DNA from: Aquificaceae bacterium
GTDB taxonomy: Bacteria > Aquificota > Aquificia > Aquificales > Aquificaceae
NCBI GenBank assembly: GCA_037924335.1
Contig: JAXSMZ010000009.1
Coordinates: forward strand, 1-46,247
Reading direction: 5' to 3'
DNA length: 46,247 nucleotides
Position numbers and translations under genes: made by a program. Below the pieces are notes generated by a model. That model was given only the letters and a program-made list of their open reading frames with translations. It did no database searches and had not been told where the DNA came from. Positions 19,484 through 29,293 of this stretch are shown piece by piece (positions within the stretch are counted from its first letter, which is position 1; every line of letters begins with the position of its first letter).

Positions 19484-19770
19484 GTGTGGAAGGCTTAGTG
19501 ACTGATTTGGGGTACGGTGGCTTTGCTGGGTTTGTTATAGGCTTTGCGGCAAAAAGAGTTCTTAACGTATTCCTCATGCTTTTGGGTCTTTACATGCTCT
19601 CTCTTCTATGGCTTAGCAGTAAAGGGGTGATAACCATAAACTGGCACGCTTTTGTGCACATTTTTACTGGAATGTTTACGGGATTTGGAGCTTTTGTTGA
19701 AGGTCTTGTAAGGAAGGTTGCCTTTTCAGCAGCCTTTTTGGGCGGTTTCATGCTCGGATTTAAGACATAA
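19480..19770 (+). CDS. FUN14-family small membrane protein
   Basis: LGYGGFAGFVIGFAAKR...L...GVITINW...FLGGFMLGF pattern. Confidence 0.75.
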   Translation: MSVEGLVTDLGYGGFAGFVIGFAAKRVLNVFLMLLGLYMLSLLWLSSKGVITINWHAFVHIFTGMFTGFGAFVEGLVRKVAFSAAFLGGFMLGFKT

Positions 19771-22700
19771 CTATCTCTGCATCGAAACACCTTAGGTCTT
19801 CCATGAGCTTCTTGCTTGGAAGTATCATTATGCTTGGGTCTGCCTGCAACAGGGTTCTGTAGCCGTTCACCTTTATATCTATTAAAACTTCCCTTCCCTT
19901 CACTTTATCTACATGCTCTAAGATAAGCTCCTTGAGTGCTAAAAGCTCTTCATCGGAGAGCTCCCTCTTTAAAAGGACAGTTACGTTCATGCTTTCACCC
20001 ACAATAAATTTGTTTGGTTCGTATACCTCTTTGATTATCAGCTTGGTTTCTTCAGAGTTTTCGTCATAATCCACATCACATTTTACAACGATCAGCATGT
20101 CTTCCTTTATAAGTTCACTGGCTTTTTCGTAAACGTCTGGAAAGGCAACAGCTTCTGCTATACCACTTTTGTCTATTAGGTTAAAGATGGCCATATGCCC
20201 GCCGTTTTTTGTCTTTTTCACCTTGAGGTCTGACACAACGCCAGCGAAATAGTATGTACCTTCTGTGACCTCTTCAACCTCCTCTATGCATCTTATACTG
20301 TTTGAAAGCATGGGCTCTAGGTCATCTATGGGATGCTTGGATATGTAAAAGCCTATGACTTCCTTCTCGTACTTCAAAAGGTCTTCCTCCTCCCTTTTGC
20401 CACTTTGAGTTGAAAAGAGCCCCCTTGAGAGTAAGCCTCCTGTTTTGTTCAGATATTCTAAGTTGGAAAGCATACTGCTTCTACTTTCTCCCGTATAGTC
20501 AAAGGCTCCAGCCTTTATAAGTGCCTCGATTACCTTCTTGTTTACCTTTCTTGAATCCACATCCCTGACGAACTCCTTCAGAGATGCCCAATGCCTCTTC
20601 CTTGCTTCCAGTATGGACCTTGCCGTATCCTCCCCCACACCCTTTATTCTTGCCAGACCAAACCTTATGCTCTTTGCTCCCTCTATTGTAAAGTCCACGT
20701 AGCTTCTGTTTATATCGGGTTGCAAGATATTGATGCCGAAGTTCTTTGCATCCTTGATGAGATTTATAAACTTTTTATCGCTCTTTTCCATGGAGAGCTT
20801 TACAGAGAAGAACTCTTCTGGATAGTGTGCCTTCATGTAAGCAGTCCAGTAAGATATGTAACCGTAAGCTACAGAGTGAGATTTGTTAAAGGAATAGCTT
20901 GCAAACTCTTCTATGTCAGACCAGAGCTTTAGGATCTTCTTTTCTTGGTAACCTCTATCTTTGGCCCCCTTTATAAACTTTTCTCTCATCTCTTGCATGA
21001 CATCTTTTTTCTTCTTCCCTATGGCTTTTCTGAGAGTATCTGCTTCTCCCGGTGTAAATCCGCAGAGAGTTTGAGATATCTTCATAACCTGTTCCTGGTA
21101 AACGATTACTCCGTAAGTTTCCTTTAGCACTGGCTCAAGCTCTGGGAAAAGATAATCTATAGGCTCTTTCCCGCTCTTTCTATCTATGTAGCTGTCCACA
21201 AGCCCGCTCTTCAGTGGACCAGGTCTGTAGAGGGCCAAAGCAGCAACTATGTCATCAAACTTATCTGGCTCAAGTCTTTTTAGAAGGTTCTTCATGCCGG
21301 AGCTTTCAAGCTGGAACACACCAGTAGTGCTACCACCCTTTAGAAGTTCGTAAACCTTTGGGTCATCAAAGGAAAGCTTGAGATAATCTATATCAACCGC
21401 ATGCCTTTCCTTTACAAGCTCCCTCATTCTCTTGAGTTCTGTCAGGGTTTTCAGACCAAGAAAGTCCATTTTTATGAGCCCTACTTTCTCCAGGTTAACC
21501 ATATCAAACTGGGTTGCAAGCCCCTTCTCCTTGTCCCAATAGAGGGGTATGGTTTCATTGAGCGGTTTTGGTGATATGACTACACCCGCAGCATGAAGGG
21601 ATGTGTGCCTTGTGAGACCTTCCAGCTTTAAAGATATATCCACAAGAGTTTTTATCTCTTGGTTTTCCTCGCAGAGCCTTCTAAACTTCCTCACGTTATC
21701 CTCTATATCTGACCTGTGGTGGCCATACTTCTCTAAGAGTTCCTCCATTGGAACAGAATACATCTCCTCGAGAGAGAGCCATGTACCCTGTACATCCCCC
21801 TGTGGTATTAGCTTAGCTATCATATCTGCAGTGCTGTATGGTATCCCAAGTGCCCTTGCTACATCCCTTAGCGTTTGCTTTGCCTTCATTACGCTCAACG
21901 TTATTATCTGAGCTACGTTCTCTTTCCCATACCTATCTTTCACATAATCTATAACCCTGTCCCTTTCCTCCATACAAAAGTCTACATCTATGTCTGGCAT
22001 AGAAACCCTTTCGGGGTTTAAAAACCTCTCGAAGAGGAGGTTATGCCTCACTGGGTCCACATCTGTTATACCTATGGCAAAGGCAAGTAAGGAACCGGCA
22101 GCAGAACCCCTACCTGGTCCTACTGGTATGTTGTTAGATTTGGCCCAGTTTGTAAACTCTTGGACTATCAAAAAGTAACCTTCAAAACCCATCTTGGAAA
22201 CTATGTTAAGCTCGTAATCAAGCCTATCCCAATACTCTTTTGAATCCTTCACAAGCCCTTGCTTTATCCTCTGCTTTAGCCCTTCTATAGCAAGCTCCCT
22301 CAAAATTTGGCTTGTATCCTTTTCTGCGTCATAGACTGGGAAAAGGTAGCCTTTGTTATCCAAAAATTCAAAAGAATCGCATGTGGTTTGGGCTATCTCA
22401 ACAGTGTTCTTTAGGGCTTTTTCCCATCCCTCGAACTTTCCCCTGAACTTCTCCCACATCTCCTGAGGGCTTGCAAAATGTAGACCCTCGTTGTTGCATT
22501 TCATTCCATTTCCTTGCTGAACCTCCATGAGAGTCTTTTTCATCTGTATAGCCATAAGCACTTGGTGAGCTAATCTGTCGCTTGGTTCTAGATAATGAGA
22601 GTCGTTGGTAGCCACGAGTTTTACACCAAGCTTTTTACCAAGCTCTATGAGAGTTCTGTTAGCTCTCTCTTGCTCTGGAAGAGAGTTTGACTGAAGCTCC

Positions 22701-23233
22701 AAATAAAGGTCATCGCCGAATATATCCTTAAACTTTTTTATCCATTCTTCTGCCTTTTTCTCATCGCCTATGCTGGCATAGTAAGTGGGAACACCCTTAA
22801 GACAAGCTGTTATACCAATAAGCCCCTGACAATGTTCACTTAGCATCTCGTAATCTATCCTCGGTTTGTAATAAAAACCTTCTCTGTAGGATATGCTGGA
22901 TAGCTTCATAAGATTTTTAAGCCCCACATCGTCCTTTGCTATGAGGATAAGGTGATGGTTAAGCCTGTCTGTTATGTTGTCCTCGCTTCCGGAACCTTTC
23001 CTGTCATGCCTTGATCCAGTGGTAAAGTAAGCTTCCATCCCCAGCAAAGGCTTTATTCCAACCTCCTTCATAGAATTATAAAAGTCCAGTATGCCAAAGA
23101 GGTTACCGTGGTCCGTTATGGCAACAGCCTTATAACCCAAGTCCTTGGCTCTTTTGGCAAGGTCCTTTACCTTTATGGCACCGTCCAAAAGGGAGTACTG
23201 AGTATGAAGGTGAAGGTGGACAAAATCTCTCAT
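19760..23233 (-). CDS. dnaE: DNA polymerase III alpha subunit
   Basis: PHP domain HLHLHTQYSLLDG, GPGRGSAAGS, PDIDVDF and YSFNKSHS motifs. Confidence 0.98.
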   Translation of the reverse strand: MRDFVHLHLHTQYSLLDGAIKVKDLAKRAKDLGYKAVAITDHGNLFGILDFYNSMKEVGIKPLLGMEAYFTTGSRHDRKGSGSEDNITDRLNHHLILIAKDDVGLKNLMKLSSISYREGFYYKPRIDYEMLSEHCQGLIGITACLKGVPTYYASIGDEKKAEEWIKKFKDIFGDDLYLELQSNSLPEQERANRTLIELGKKLGVKLVATNDSHYLEPSDRLAHQVLMAIQMKKTLMEVQQGNGMKCNNEGLHFASPQEMWEKFRGKFEGWEKALKNTVEIAQTTCDSFEFLDNKGYLFPVYDAEKDTSQILRELAIEGLKQRIKQGLVKDSKEYWDRLDYELNIVSKMGFEGYFLIVQEFTNWAKSNNIPVGPGRGSAAGSLLAFAIGITDVDPVRHNLLFERFLNPERVSMPDIDVDFCMEERDRVIDYVKDRYGKENVAQIITLSVMKAKQTLRDVARALGIPYSTADMIAKLIPQGDVQGTWLSLEEMYSVPMEELLEKYGHHRSDIEDNVRKFRRLCEENQEIKTLVDISLKLEGLTRHTSLHAAGVVISPKPLNETIPLYWDKEKGLATQFDMVNLEKVGLIKMDFLGLKTLTELKRMRELVKERHAVDIDYLKLSFDDPKVYELLKGGSTTGVFQLESSGMKNLLKRLEPDKFDDIVAALALYRPGPLKSGLVDSYIDRKSGKEPIDYLFPELEPVLKETYGVIVYQEQVMKISQTLCGFTPGEADTLRKAIGKKKKDVMQEMREKFIKGAKDRGYQEKKILKLWSDIEEFASYSFNKSHSVAYGYISYWTAYMKAHYPEEFFSVKLSMEKSDKKFINLIKDAKNFGINILQPDINRSYVDFTIEGAKSIRFGLARIKGVGEDTARSILEARKRHWASLKEFVRDVDSRKVNKKVIEALIKAGAFDYTGESRSSMLSNLEYLNKTGGLLSRGLFSTQSGKREEEDLLKYEKEVIGFYISKHPIDDLEPMLSNSIRCIEEVEEVTEGTYYFAGVVSDLKVKKTKNGGHMAIFNLIDKSGIAEAVAFPDVYEKASELIKEDMLIVVKCDVDYDENSEETKLIIKEVYEPNKFIVGESMNVTVLLKRELSDEELLALKELILEHVDKVKGREVLIDIKVNGYRTLLQADPSIMILPSKKLMEDLRCFDAEIVMS

Positions 23234-23349
23234 TCTCTAAGACTAAATCATAGACTTCAAGCAGTCAAACTGTAAAGTCCCTGATTTTCAAAGACATAAC
23301 TCATATGTCCAGAAGTCCAGTGTTTTTTAGAAAATTTTTATTAGATACT

Positions 23350-24804
23350 CTACGGAAGGTTAAGCTTCTTCCAAATACCATCTATCCTCTCCTTTACGTC
23401 TTCAGACATACTTATCACCTCTGGCCACTCTCTTGTGTAGCCTTCCTGTTTCCACTTGGTGGTAGCATCTACTATCATCTTTCCACCAAATCCCATCTCG
23501 TTGGTGCTGTGGTCCAAAACGTCTATGGGTCCTTTTAGGATGATAACATCCCTTGATGGGTCTACGTTGTTGCCCCATGCCCAAAGGACATGCCCAATGT
23601 CATTTACCTTTATCCAATCGTCAAAGACTACCACATGCTTTGTCAGAGACATAAGGCCAAGTCCAAGAAGAGCGCAGCCTACCTTAAAAGCGTGTCCTGG
23701 ATACCTCTTCTTTATGGAAACAAAGCAGAAGTTGTGAAAGCATCCCTCTGCTGGTAGGTGATAGTCCACTACCTCTGGCAGGTTGAACCTTATAAGGGGA
23801 AGGAATATCCTTTCGGTTGCCCAGCCTAAGTACTTGTCCTCCTGAGGTGGAAGTCCCACAACGGTGGCCAAGTATATGGGATCTTTTCTGTGTAAGATTG
23901 CCGTTATGTGCATCTTAGGATACTTGTCCACTGGTGTGTAAAAGCCTGTGTGGTCTCCAAAGGGTCCTTCATCCACCAACGGCTCTTGTGGGTCCACGTA
24001 TCCCTCTATGACTATCTCTGCATTGGCTGGGTATTCGATGTCTATACTTATTCCTTTAACAAGCTCTATACCTTCTTCTCTTATAATGCCTGCAAATAGG
24101 TACTCGTCTACCTCAGGTGGTAGGGGAGCGGATGCTACGTAGGAGAGGACTGGGTCTCCCCCTATGGCTATGGCTACTTCAAGCCTTTTTCCAAGCCTTT
24201 TGGCCTTCCAGTAGTGATGGTTGCCGTCTTTGTGTATCTGCCAGTGGAGTGCAAGCTCTGTAGGAGAGATCACCTGAACTCTGTATAAGCCCACGTTCCT
24301 TATGCCAGACTCTGGATCTTTGGTAATGACCTGTCCAAATGTTATGTATCTTCCCCCATCCTTAGGCCAGCACTGAAGAACTGGGAGGCTAAGAATATCT
24401 ATCCTTTCTCCTTCTATGTTCTCCCTTATGGGTCCATCTTTGACGATCTTGGGCAAGGAATCGTTTAGCTTTTTGAGTTCAGGGAGTCTTTTGAGTTTGT
24501 CCAAAAAGGTGTGGGGAATTTCTGGTCTTAGTAGTTTGTATAGCTTCCACCCTATCTCCTCAGGGTTTTCGTATCCTAAGGCAAGCTTTACCCTCCTTTT
24601 GGAGCCGAGCGTGTTGGTTAGGACTGGAATAGAGTAACCTTCTACCTTTTCAAAGAGTAAAGCCTTTCCCCCCTCTGGCTGCTTGCTCATCCTGTCTGTA
24701 AACTCTGTTATTTCTAAGATGGGGCTTATGGTTTCTTTTACTCTGAGGAGTTCACCGTGTTTTTCAAGTTCTTTTACAAACCACCTTAGGTCTTTTACTG
24801 CCAT
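23350..24804 (-). CDS. ubiD: UbiD-family prFMN-dependent decarboxylase (menaquinone/futalosine pathway type)
   Basis: RNVGLYRVQ, EGPFGDHTGFY, DVLDHS and KMIVDAT motifs. Confidence 0.88.
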   Translation of the reverse strand: MAVKDLRWFVKELEKHGELLRVKETISPILEITEFTDRMSKQPEGGKALLFEKVEGYSIPVLTNTLGSKRRVKLALGYENPEEIGWKLYKLLRPEIPHTFLDKLKRLPELKKLNDSLPKIVKDGPIRENIEGERIDILSLPVLQCWPKDGGRYITFGQVITKDPESGIRNVGLYRVQVISPTELALHWQIHKDGNHHYWKAKRLGKRLEVAIAIGGDPVLSYVASAPLPPEVDEYLFAGIIREEGIELVKGISIDIEYPANAEIVIEGYVDPQEPLVDEGPFGDHTGFYTPVDKYPKMHITAILHRKDPIYLATVVGLPPQEDKYLGWATERIFLPLIRFNLPEVVDYHLPAEGCFHNFCFVSIKKRYPGHAFKVGCALLGLGLMSLTKHVVVFDDWIKVNDIGHVLWAWGNNVDPSRDVIILKGPIDVLDHSTNEMGFGGKMIVDATTKWKQEGYTREWPEVISMSEDVKERIDGIWKKLNLP

Positions 24805-24811
24805 GGGGATA

Positions 24812-25672
24812 TTATAATGCTGGTAATAGCCTGTAAGGCTTTAGCACGTTATCCTTTATGTATCCAACTCCTAGGAACTTTTCTTCTTCGTAAACTCTTA
24901 CATACTCATTGCTGTAAGGAAAGGGTATATTTATCACCATACCATGTCTTATCTTTTTGCCCTCCATCTTGGATAGTCTAACAAGATGCAAAAAGCTAAG
25001 AGCCTCATCAACAGGCATTGCTATATCTTGCAAGCTTTCCAACTTCATAACATCTTCGTACTTTGTAGCCATATCCACGCTGAAGTTCCCTATGCTTATC
25101 CTTCTTAGCTCTTTTAGGTAAGCACCGCAGCCAAGGGAAAGACCAATGTCGTGAACCAGGCTCCTTATGTAAGTTCCAGAGGATACTTTAAAGTAAAGCT
25201 TTATGTATGGCAAAATGCACTCTTTTAGCTCTGCGTCCAACACCTCTACTCTTATGGGTTTTATCTCTACAGTTATGCCCTTCCTTGCAAGCTTATAGGC
25301 TCTTCTACCTTTTACTTTCTTTGCAGAGAAGGGGGGTGGTCTTTGTTCTATCTTTCCTAAAAACTTAGTCAAGGCTTTCTCCACATCTTCACAGCTTACT
25401 TCTACATTGCGAACCTCGACGGTGCTTCCTTCGTCATCATAAGTATCTCTTATCTCCCCAAGCTTGGCAAGAGCAAGGTAAGACTTGGGAAGTCTTAAAA
25501 AGAGGTCAGAATACCTTGTGGCTTCGTTTATGAGAACTATGAGTAATCCTGTGGCCATTGGATCAAGGGTACCAGTATGTCCAGCCTTGATTTTGAACTT
25601 TCTTCTTATACTTTCGACCGCATGGGTTGATGTTATGTCCCTTGGTTTGTCCAAAAGGATGGCAAACATCAA
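24812..25672 (-). CDS. truB: tRNA pseudouridine(55) synthase
   Basis: GHTGTLDPMATG, PPPFSAKK and SSGTYIRSL motifs. Confidence 0.95.
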   Translation of the reverse strand: MMFAILLDKPRDITSTHAVESIRRKFKIKAGHTGTLDPMATGLLIVLINEATRYSDLFLRLPKSYLALAKLGEIRDTYDDEGSTVEVRNVEVSCEDVEKALTKFLGKIEQRPPPFSAKKVKGRRAYKLARKGITVEIKPIRVEVLDAELKECILPYIKLYFKVSSGTYIRSLVHDIGLSLGCGAYLKELRRISIGNFSVDMATKYEDVMKLESLQDIAMPVDEALSFLHLVRLSKMEGKKIRHGMVINIPFPYSNEYVRVYEEEKFLGVGYIKDNVLKPYRLLPAL

Positions 25673-26601
25673 CTGAGGAAGTCTTTAAGATGTTTTTTCA
25701 TAGCCATGTTTCTGAGCTTTCTAAGGGCTCTTGTCTCTAACTGTCTGACCCTTTCCCTTGATATGTTGAGTATATCACCTATCTCCCTGAGGGTTCTTGG
25801 CTCTTCTCCCCGTAGCCCAAACCTTAGTTCTATAACCCTTCTTTCCTTCTCGGGTAGACGGTCGAGCATATCGCTCATCTCCTTTTCGAGGACTTCTGTT
25901 ATTATCCTCTCCTCCACATCAGCGGTTCCGTGCTGGCTTAGGAAATCCACAAAGAAAGTGTCCTCGTTCTCCCCAACTGGTGCATCTAAGGATAGTGGCA
26001 CTCTGCATACTTGCAGGCATCTTTCCACCTCCTGAGGTGTTATCTTGTAGCCTTCCCTCTTTAATCTCTCCTCTATCTCCTCTTTGGTTGGACTTCTTTC
26101 CAACTCCTTTTCCAACTCCTTTGCTAAGACCTCCTTTGTATACTCTTTGGCTATCTCCTCCGGTGTTGGTTCTCTTTCAAGCTCCCTGTAGAGCCTACTG
26201 TATATGCTCCCTATTCTGTTTATCACATGGGCTTGTTTTAAAGGTATTCTGACAGCTCCAGTCTGCTGTGAGAGGGCTTGCATGATAGCCTGCCTTATCC
26301 ACCAAACTGCATAGGAGATAAACTTTACTCCTCTCTCTGGGTCAAACCTCTTAGCAGCTTCGATAAGTCCATGATTGCCGGCGGCGATGAGTTCGGAAAG
26401 TGGTAATCCGTAACCTATGTACTGTTTTGCTACGTTGATAACAAACCTCAGGTTGGATTCTACAAGCTTTCTAAAGGCCATCTGATCCCCTTCCTTTGCT
26501 CGTTTGGCTAGCTCTTTTTCTTCCTCTGGAGTGAGTAATGGGATCTTGGCAACCTTTTTAAGATACTGATTTATAAGCTCTTGCTCCGTATCTGGTATCA
26601 T
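25669..26601 (-). CDS. Sigma70-family factor, group 2 (RpoS/RpoD-like, lacking region 1.1)
   Basis: NLRFVINVAK, FISYAVWWIRQAI and TLREIG...SRERVRQLE motifs. Confidence 0.9.
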   Translation of the reverse strand: MIPDTEQELINQYLKKVAKIPLLTPEEEKELAKRAKEGDQMAFRKLVESNLRFVINVAKQYIGYGLPLSELIAAGNHGLIEAAKRFDPERGVKFISYAVWWIRQAIMQALSQQTGAVRIPLKQAHVINRIGSIYSRLYRELEREPTPEEIAKEYTKEVLAKELEKELERSPTKEEIEERLKREGYKITPQEVERCLQVCRVPLSLDAPVGENEDTFFVDFLSQHGTADVEERIITEVLEKEMSDMLDRLPEKERRVIELRFGLRGEEPRTLREIGDILNISRERVRQLETRALRKLRNMAMKKHLKDFLS

Positions 26602-26605
26602 AACT

Positions 26606-28021
26606 TTACCTCAAACTCAGAACCACATAAAGGTTTGTGTTTCCTCTCCTTATCAGTAAAAGAGCCTTATCCTTCCCAGTCTTCTTTACGCTTTCCAAGG
26701 CTTTGGTTAACTCAGTTTTAGAGCTTACGGGTATATTGTTCACGCTCATTATGACATCCCCAGGCCTTATACCGCTCTGAAAAGCCAAGCTTCCTGGTAC
26801 AACTCCAACAACAAGAACCCCTTTGACTCCTACAGTCCTTTCCTCATCTGGCGTTAGGTCCCTGAGTACAAGGCCCAAGTCTTGTGCCTCAGGCTGTGCT
26901 TGTGGAATCTTGGCCTCTTCTGGCATCTCTTCAACTTTTACCTTTATGTTCTCTTGTTTTCCTTTTCTTAGAACTGTGAGAGTGAGCTCTTCACCTGGTG
27001 GTGTTTTCATGATCCTAATCTGAAGGTCTCTCACACTGCTCACCTTTTCTCCGTTTACTGCCGTTATAACATCCCCCACCTTTATACCTGCTTTGTCAGC
27101 TGGGCTTTGTGGCATCACCTGAGCTATCAGAACCCCTTCTTTGACGCCTATAGTCTCTCCTATCTCTGGTGTCACCTCTTGTATGACTACGCCAAGCCAA
27201 CCCCTGACCACCTTACCCTTAGCTATGAGCTGGTCCGCCACCCACTTGGCCAAATTTATAGGTATGGCAAACCCAATACCTTGACCCTCAGCAACTATGG
27301 CAGTATTTATACCAACTACCTCCCCGTTTATGTTTACCAGAGGACCCCCAGAATTGCCCGGGTTTATAGGAGCATCCGTCTGTATGAAGCTCTCATACTG
27401 TGTTATGCCTATGGACCTTCTGAGAGCCGACACTACACCCATGGTTACCGTTCTCTCAAGGCCGTATGGGTTTCCTATTGCTATAACCAACTGCCCAACC
27501 CTTAGCTTGTCAGAATCTCCAAGCCTTGCCACCCTTGACTGGGGTTTTTCTATACCCTTAGCATCTACCTCGACAACTGCCACATCTGTCTTTGGGTCTG
27601 TTCCTATTATCCTTCCTCTCCTTTCAGTGTGCTCATCCAGTCTGACCTTTATGGATTTAGCATCTCGCACCACATGACTGTTCGTAAGTATGTAGAATCT
27701 ATCGTTCTTGTAGCCTATGATGACACCCGAGCCAAGAGACCTTCTCTCTTGGGGTGGCATTTGGAAGGGGAAGGGGAAGGGGAATGGAAACTCGGGGCTT
27801 TGGACTTCCTGCGTTGCAAATATGGTAACTACAGAGGGTGATACTGCATCAACTATCTTGGTTAGCTCATCCTGAAATTGGGAAAGTATATCGCTTTTTA
27901 CAAGAGGGGCTTTCTCCTGCCTGTCTGTTTCAAGTGCAACCTTCTGAGCCTTACAGCCTGTAAAGAGTAAGAAAGAAGCCATTACTGCAGATACGAAAAA
28001 GAGCATCTTGATCCTCCTCAT
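26606..28021 (-). CDS. htrA: HtrA/DegP serine protease with two PDZ domains, probable lipoprotein
   Basis: TNSHV, DVAV and GNSGG catalytic triad, two PDZ repeats, FTGC lipobox-like signal. Confidence 0.93.
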   Translation of the reverse strand: MRRIKMLFFVSAVMASFLLFTGCKAQKVALETDRQEKAPLVKSDILSQFQDELTKIVDAVSPSVVTIFATQEVQSPEFPFPFPFPFQMPPQERRSLGSGVIIGYKNDRFYILTNSHVVRDAKSIKVRLDEHTERRGRIIGTDPKTDVAVVEVDAKGIEKPQSRVARLGDSDKLRVGQLVIAIGNPYGLERTVTMGVVSALRRSIGITQYESFIQTDAPINPGNSGGPLVNINGEVVGINTAIVAEGQGIGFAIPINLAKWVADQLIAKGKVVRGWLGVVIQEVTPEIGETIGVKEGVLIAQVMPQSPADKAGIKVGDVITAVNGEKVSSVRDLQIRIMKTPPGEELTLTVLRKGKQENIKVKVEEMPEEAKIPQAQPEAQDLGLVLRDLTPDEERTVGVKGVLVVGVVPGSLAFQSGIRPGDVIMSVNNIPVSSKTELTKALESVKKTGKDKALLLIRRGNTNLYVVLSLR

Positions 28022-28677
28022 TTTTTTACCTCACAGGATAAAAATAACACATCAAAAAATGATGTTTCAACCTTAGAGATCATATTTTCAATCGTCCTCC
28101 TTAGTATTATACTGCCTTTATGTGCGGGGTTATAAGAAGAGCCCGTATAGTGGAAGAATTTAACAAGTTCCCAACCTTTGAAAGGAATTTCCAGGCTTTG
28201 GATAAAGCAAGCTTCCAAACTTGCATCTGTCCTTTCCACGAGAGTAATTATATCCTCCCTTTTTGGAAATGGGAAGCCAAAATGTGGAAGGCTTCCTTCC
28301 ACTGGAAGGGCAAGAACAAACTGCCTGCTGCAAACCCTAAGTGCTTCTGGAATGCTTCTTTTCATATCGGTCCAGTGAAGGGAGAAATTACTTACAACAA
28401 GCTCAAAACTTCTGTCTTTAAAAGGTATGTTTTCCGCATCACCAACCACAACTTTCCCAAATCTGTCTTTGTATACCCTTGCCATCTTCTTTGATATATC
28501 AAGCCCAACAGCATGTTCTATCCCTATGCTTGCAAAACCAGTTCCACAACCCACATCAAGGGTTCTCCCACTTACCTTTATAAGGTTTTGTAGCAACTGT
28601 GCGCTTCTTTTCTGTGGAATAGCCCACTCTTCGTAAGTTTTAAAAGCTTTTGAGAACCTTAAGGATAAGATGTTCAT
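28018..28677 (-). CDS. bioC: SAM-dependent methyltransferase, BioC-like
   Basis: FSKA..TYE..A..Q N-terminus, LDVGCGTG and SNFSLHW motifs, adjacent to bioH. Confidence 0.78.
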   Translation of the reverse strand: MNILSLRFSKAFKTYEEWAIPQKRSAQLLQNLIKVSGRTLDVGCGTGFASIGIEHAVGLDISKKMARVYKDRFGKVVVGDAENIPFKDRSFELVVSNFSLHWTDMKRSIPEALRVCSRQFVLALPVEGSLPHFGFPFPKREDIITLVERTDASLEACFIQSLEIPFKGWELVKFFHYTGSSYNPAHKGSIILRRTIENMISKVETSFFDVLFLSCEVKK

Positions 28678-29293
28678 AGCCCTTTGGAAAGTGTCCTCCT
28701 TTGAAGGGAATAAATTTAGACCTTTTTAAGAGATTGTAAAGTCTTATACCAGATAAGATGGGAACTATGGGGTCATGTATACCGTGAAGGAGTACAGCAT
28801 GATGTTTTATAAATGGTATATTTGAGCTCAGGTCAAGGTTTATGTAATCTTCCAGCATCCTTGTAGCCAAGCCTAAGTTCAAAGAATCCTCGAAAGGTTC
28901 GCCATACGCCTTACGTCTGAACTCATTTAAAAAGCTCTCTTTTTCCTTTCTCAACCTCAAAAGAAAGGCTCTTACGTTGCTTTGGGACCAAGAAGCTCCA
29001 AAATTAGGCGTTGCTCCTATTAGCACTAACCTGCTAACCTTTTTTGGAAATTTTAAAGCTATCAAAAGAGCCAAGCTTGCTCCCATAGACCAGCCCACAA
29101 GGTCTGAACCCTTTGGAATTCTGAGAGCTATATCTTCTGCCATCTCTTCAAAGCCCCTGTAAGCTAATACTGAACTGCCGTGAGAGGGAAGGTCTATCTT
29201 GATACCATCGGAGAGCTTGAAAACTTTTGAGGAGAAGCCCCATCCATGTATAAGGACAGTCTTTTCAGAGAAGCTCCCTTTTAAACCTTTCAT
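28640..29293 (-). CDS. bioH: Alpha/beta hydrolase, pimeloyl-ACP methyl ester esterase BioH-like
   Basis: IHGWG, DLPSHG, GWSMG nucleophile elbow, HG..D.IVP and GGHFP motifs. Confidence 0.78.
   Translation of the reverse strand: MKGLKGSFSEKTVLIHGWGFSSKVFKLSDGIKIDLPSHGSSVLAYRGFEEMAEDIALRIPKGSDLVGWSMGASLALLIALKFPKKVSRLVLIGATPNFGASWSQSNVRAFLLRLRKEKESFLNEFRRKAYGEPFEDSLNLGLATRMLEDYINLDLSSNIPFIKHHAVLLHGIHDPIVPILSGIRLYNLLKRSKFIPFKGGHFPKGYEHLILKVLKSF

Noticed and set aside
19760..23233. Possible intein in DnaE
   Set aside because: 1157 aa is a normal length, and no intein N-terminal/C-terminal or LAGLIDADG motifs were seen.
23234..23349. 116-bp intergenic gap with an IHF-like AAAGTCCCTGATT and a short overlapping 77-aa ORF
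   Set aside because: Imperfect match, no convincing hairpin or RNA family signature, and the ORF is mostly antisense to ubiD.
27763..27790. GGGAAG-type tandem repeat
   Set aside because: It encodes the FPFPFPFPF low-complexity loop of HtrA in frame. There is no sign of phase variation or CRISPR.
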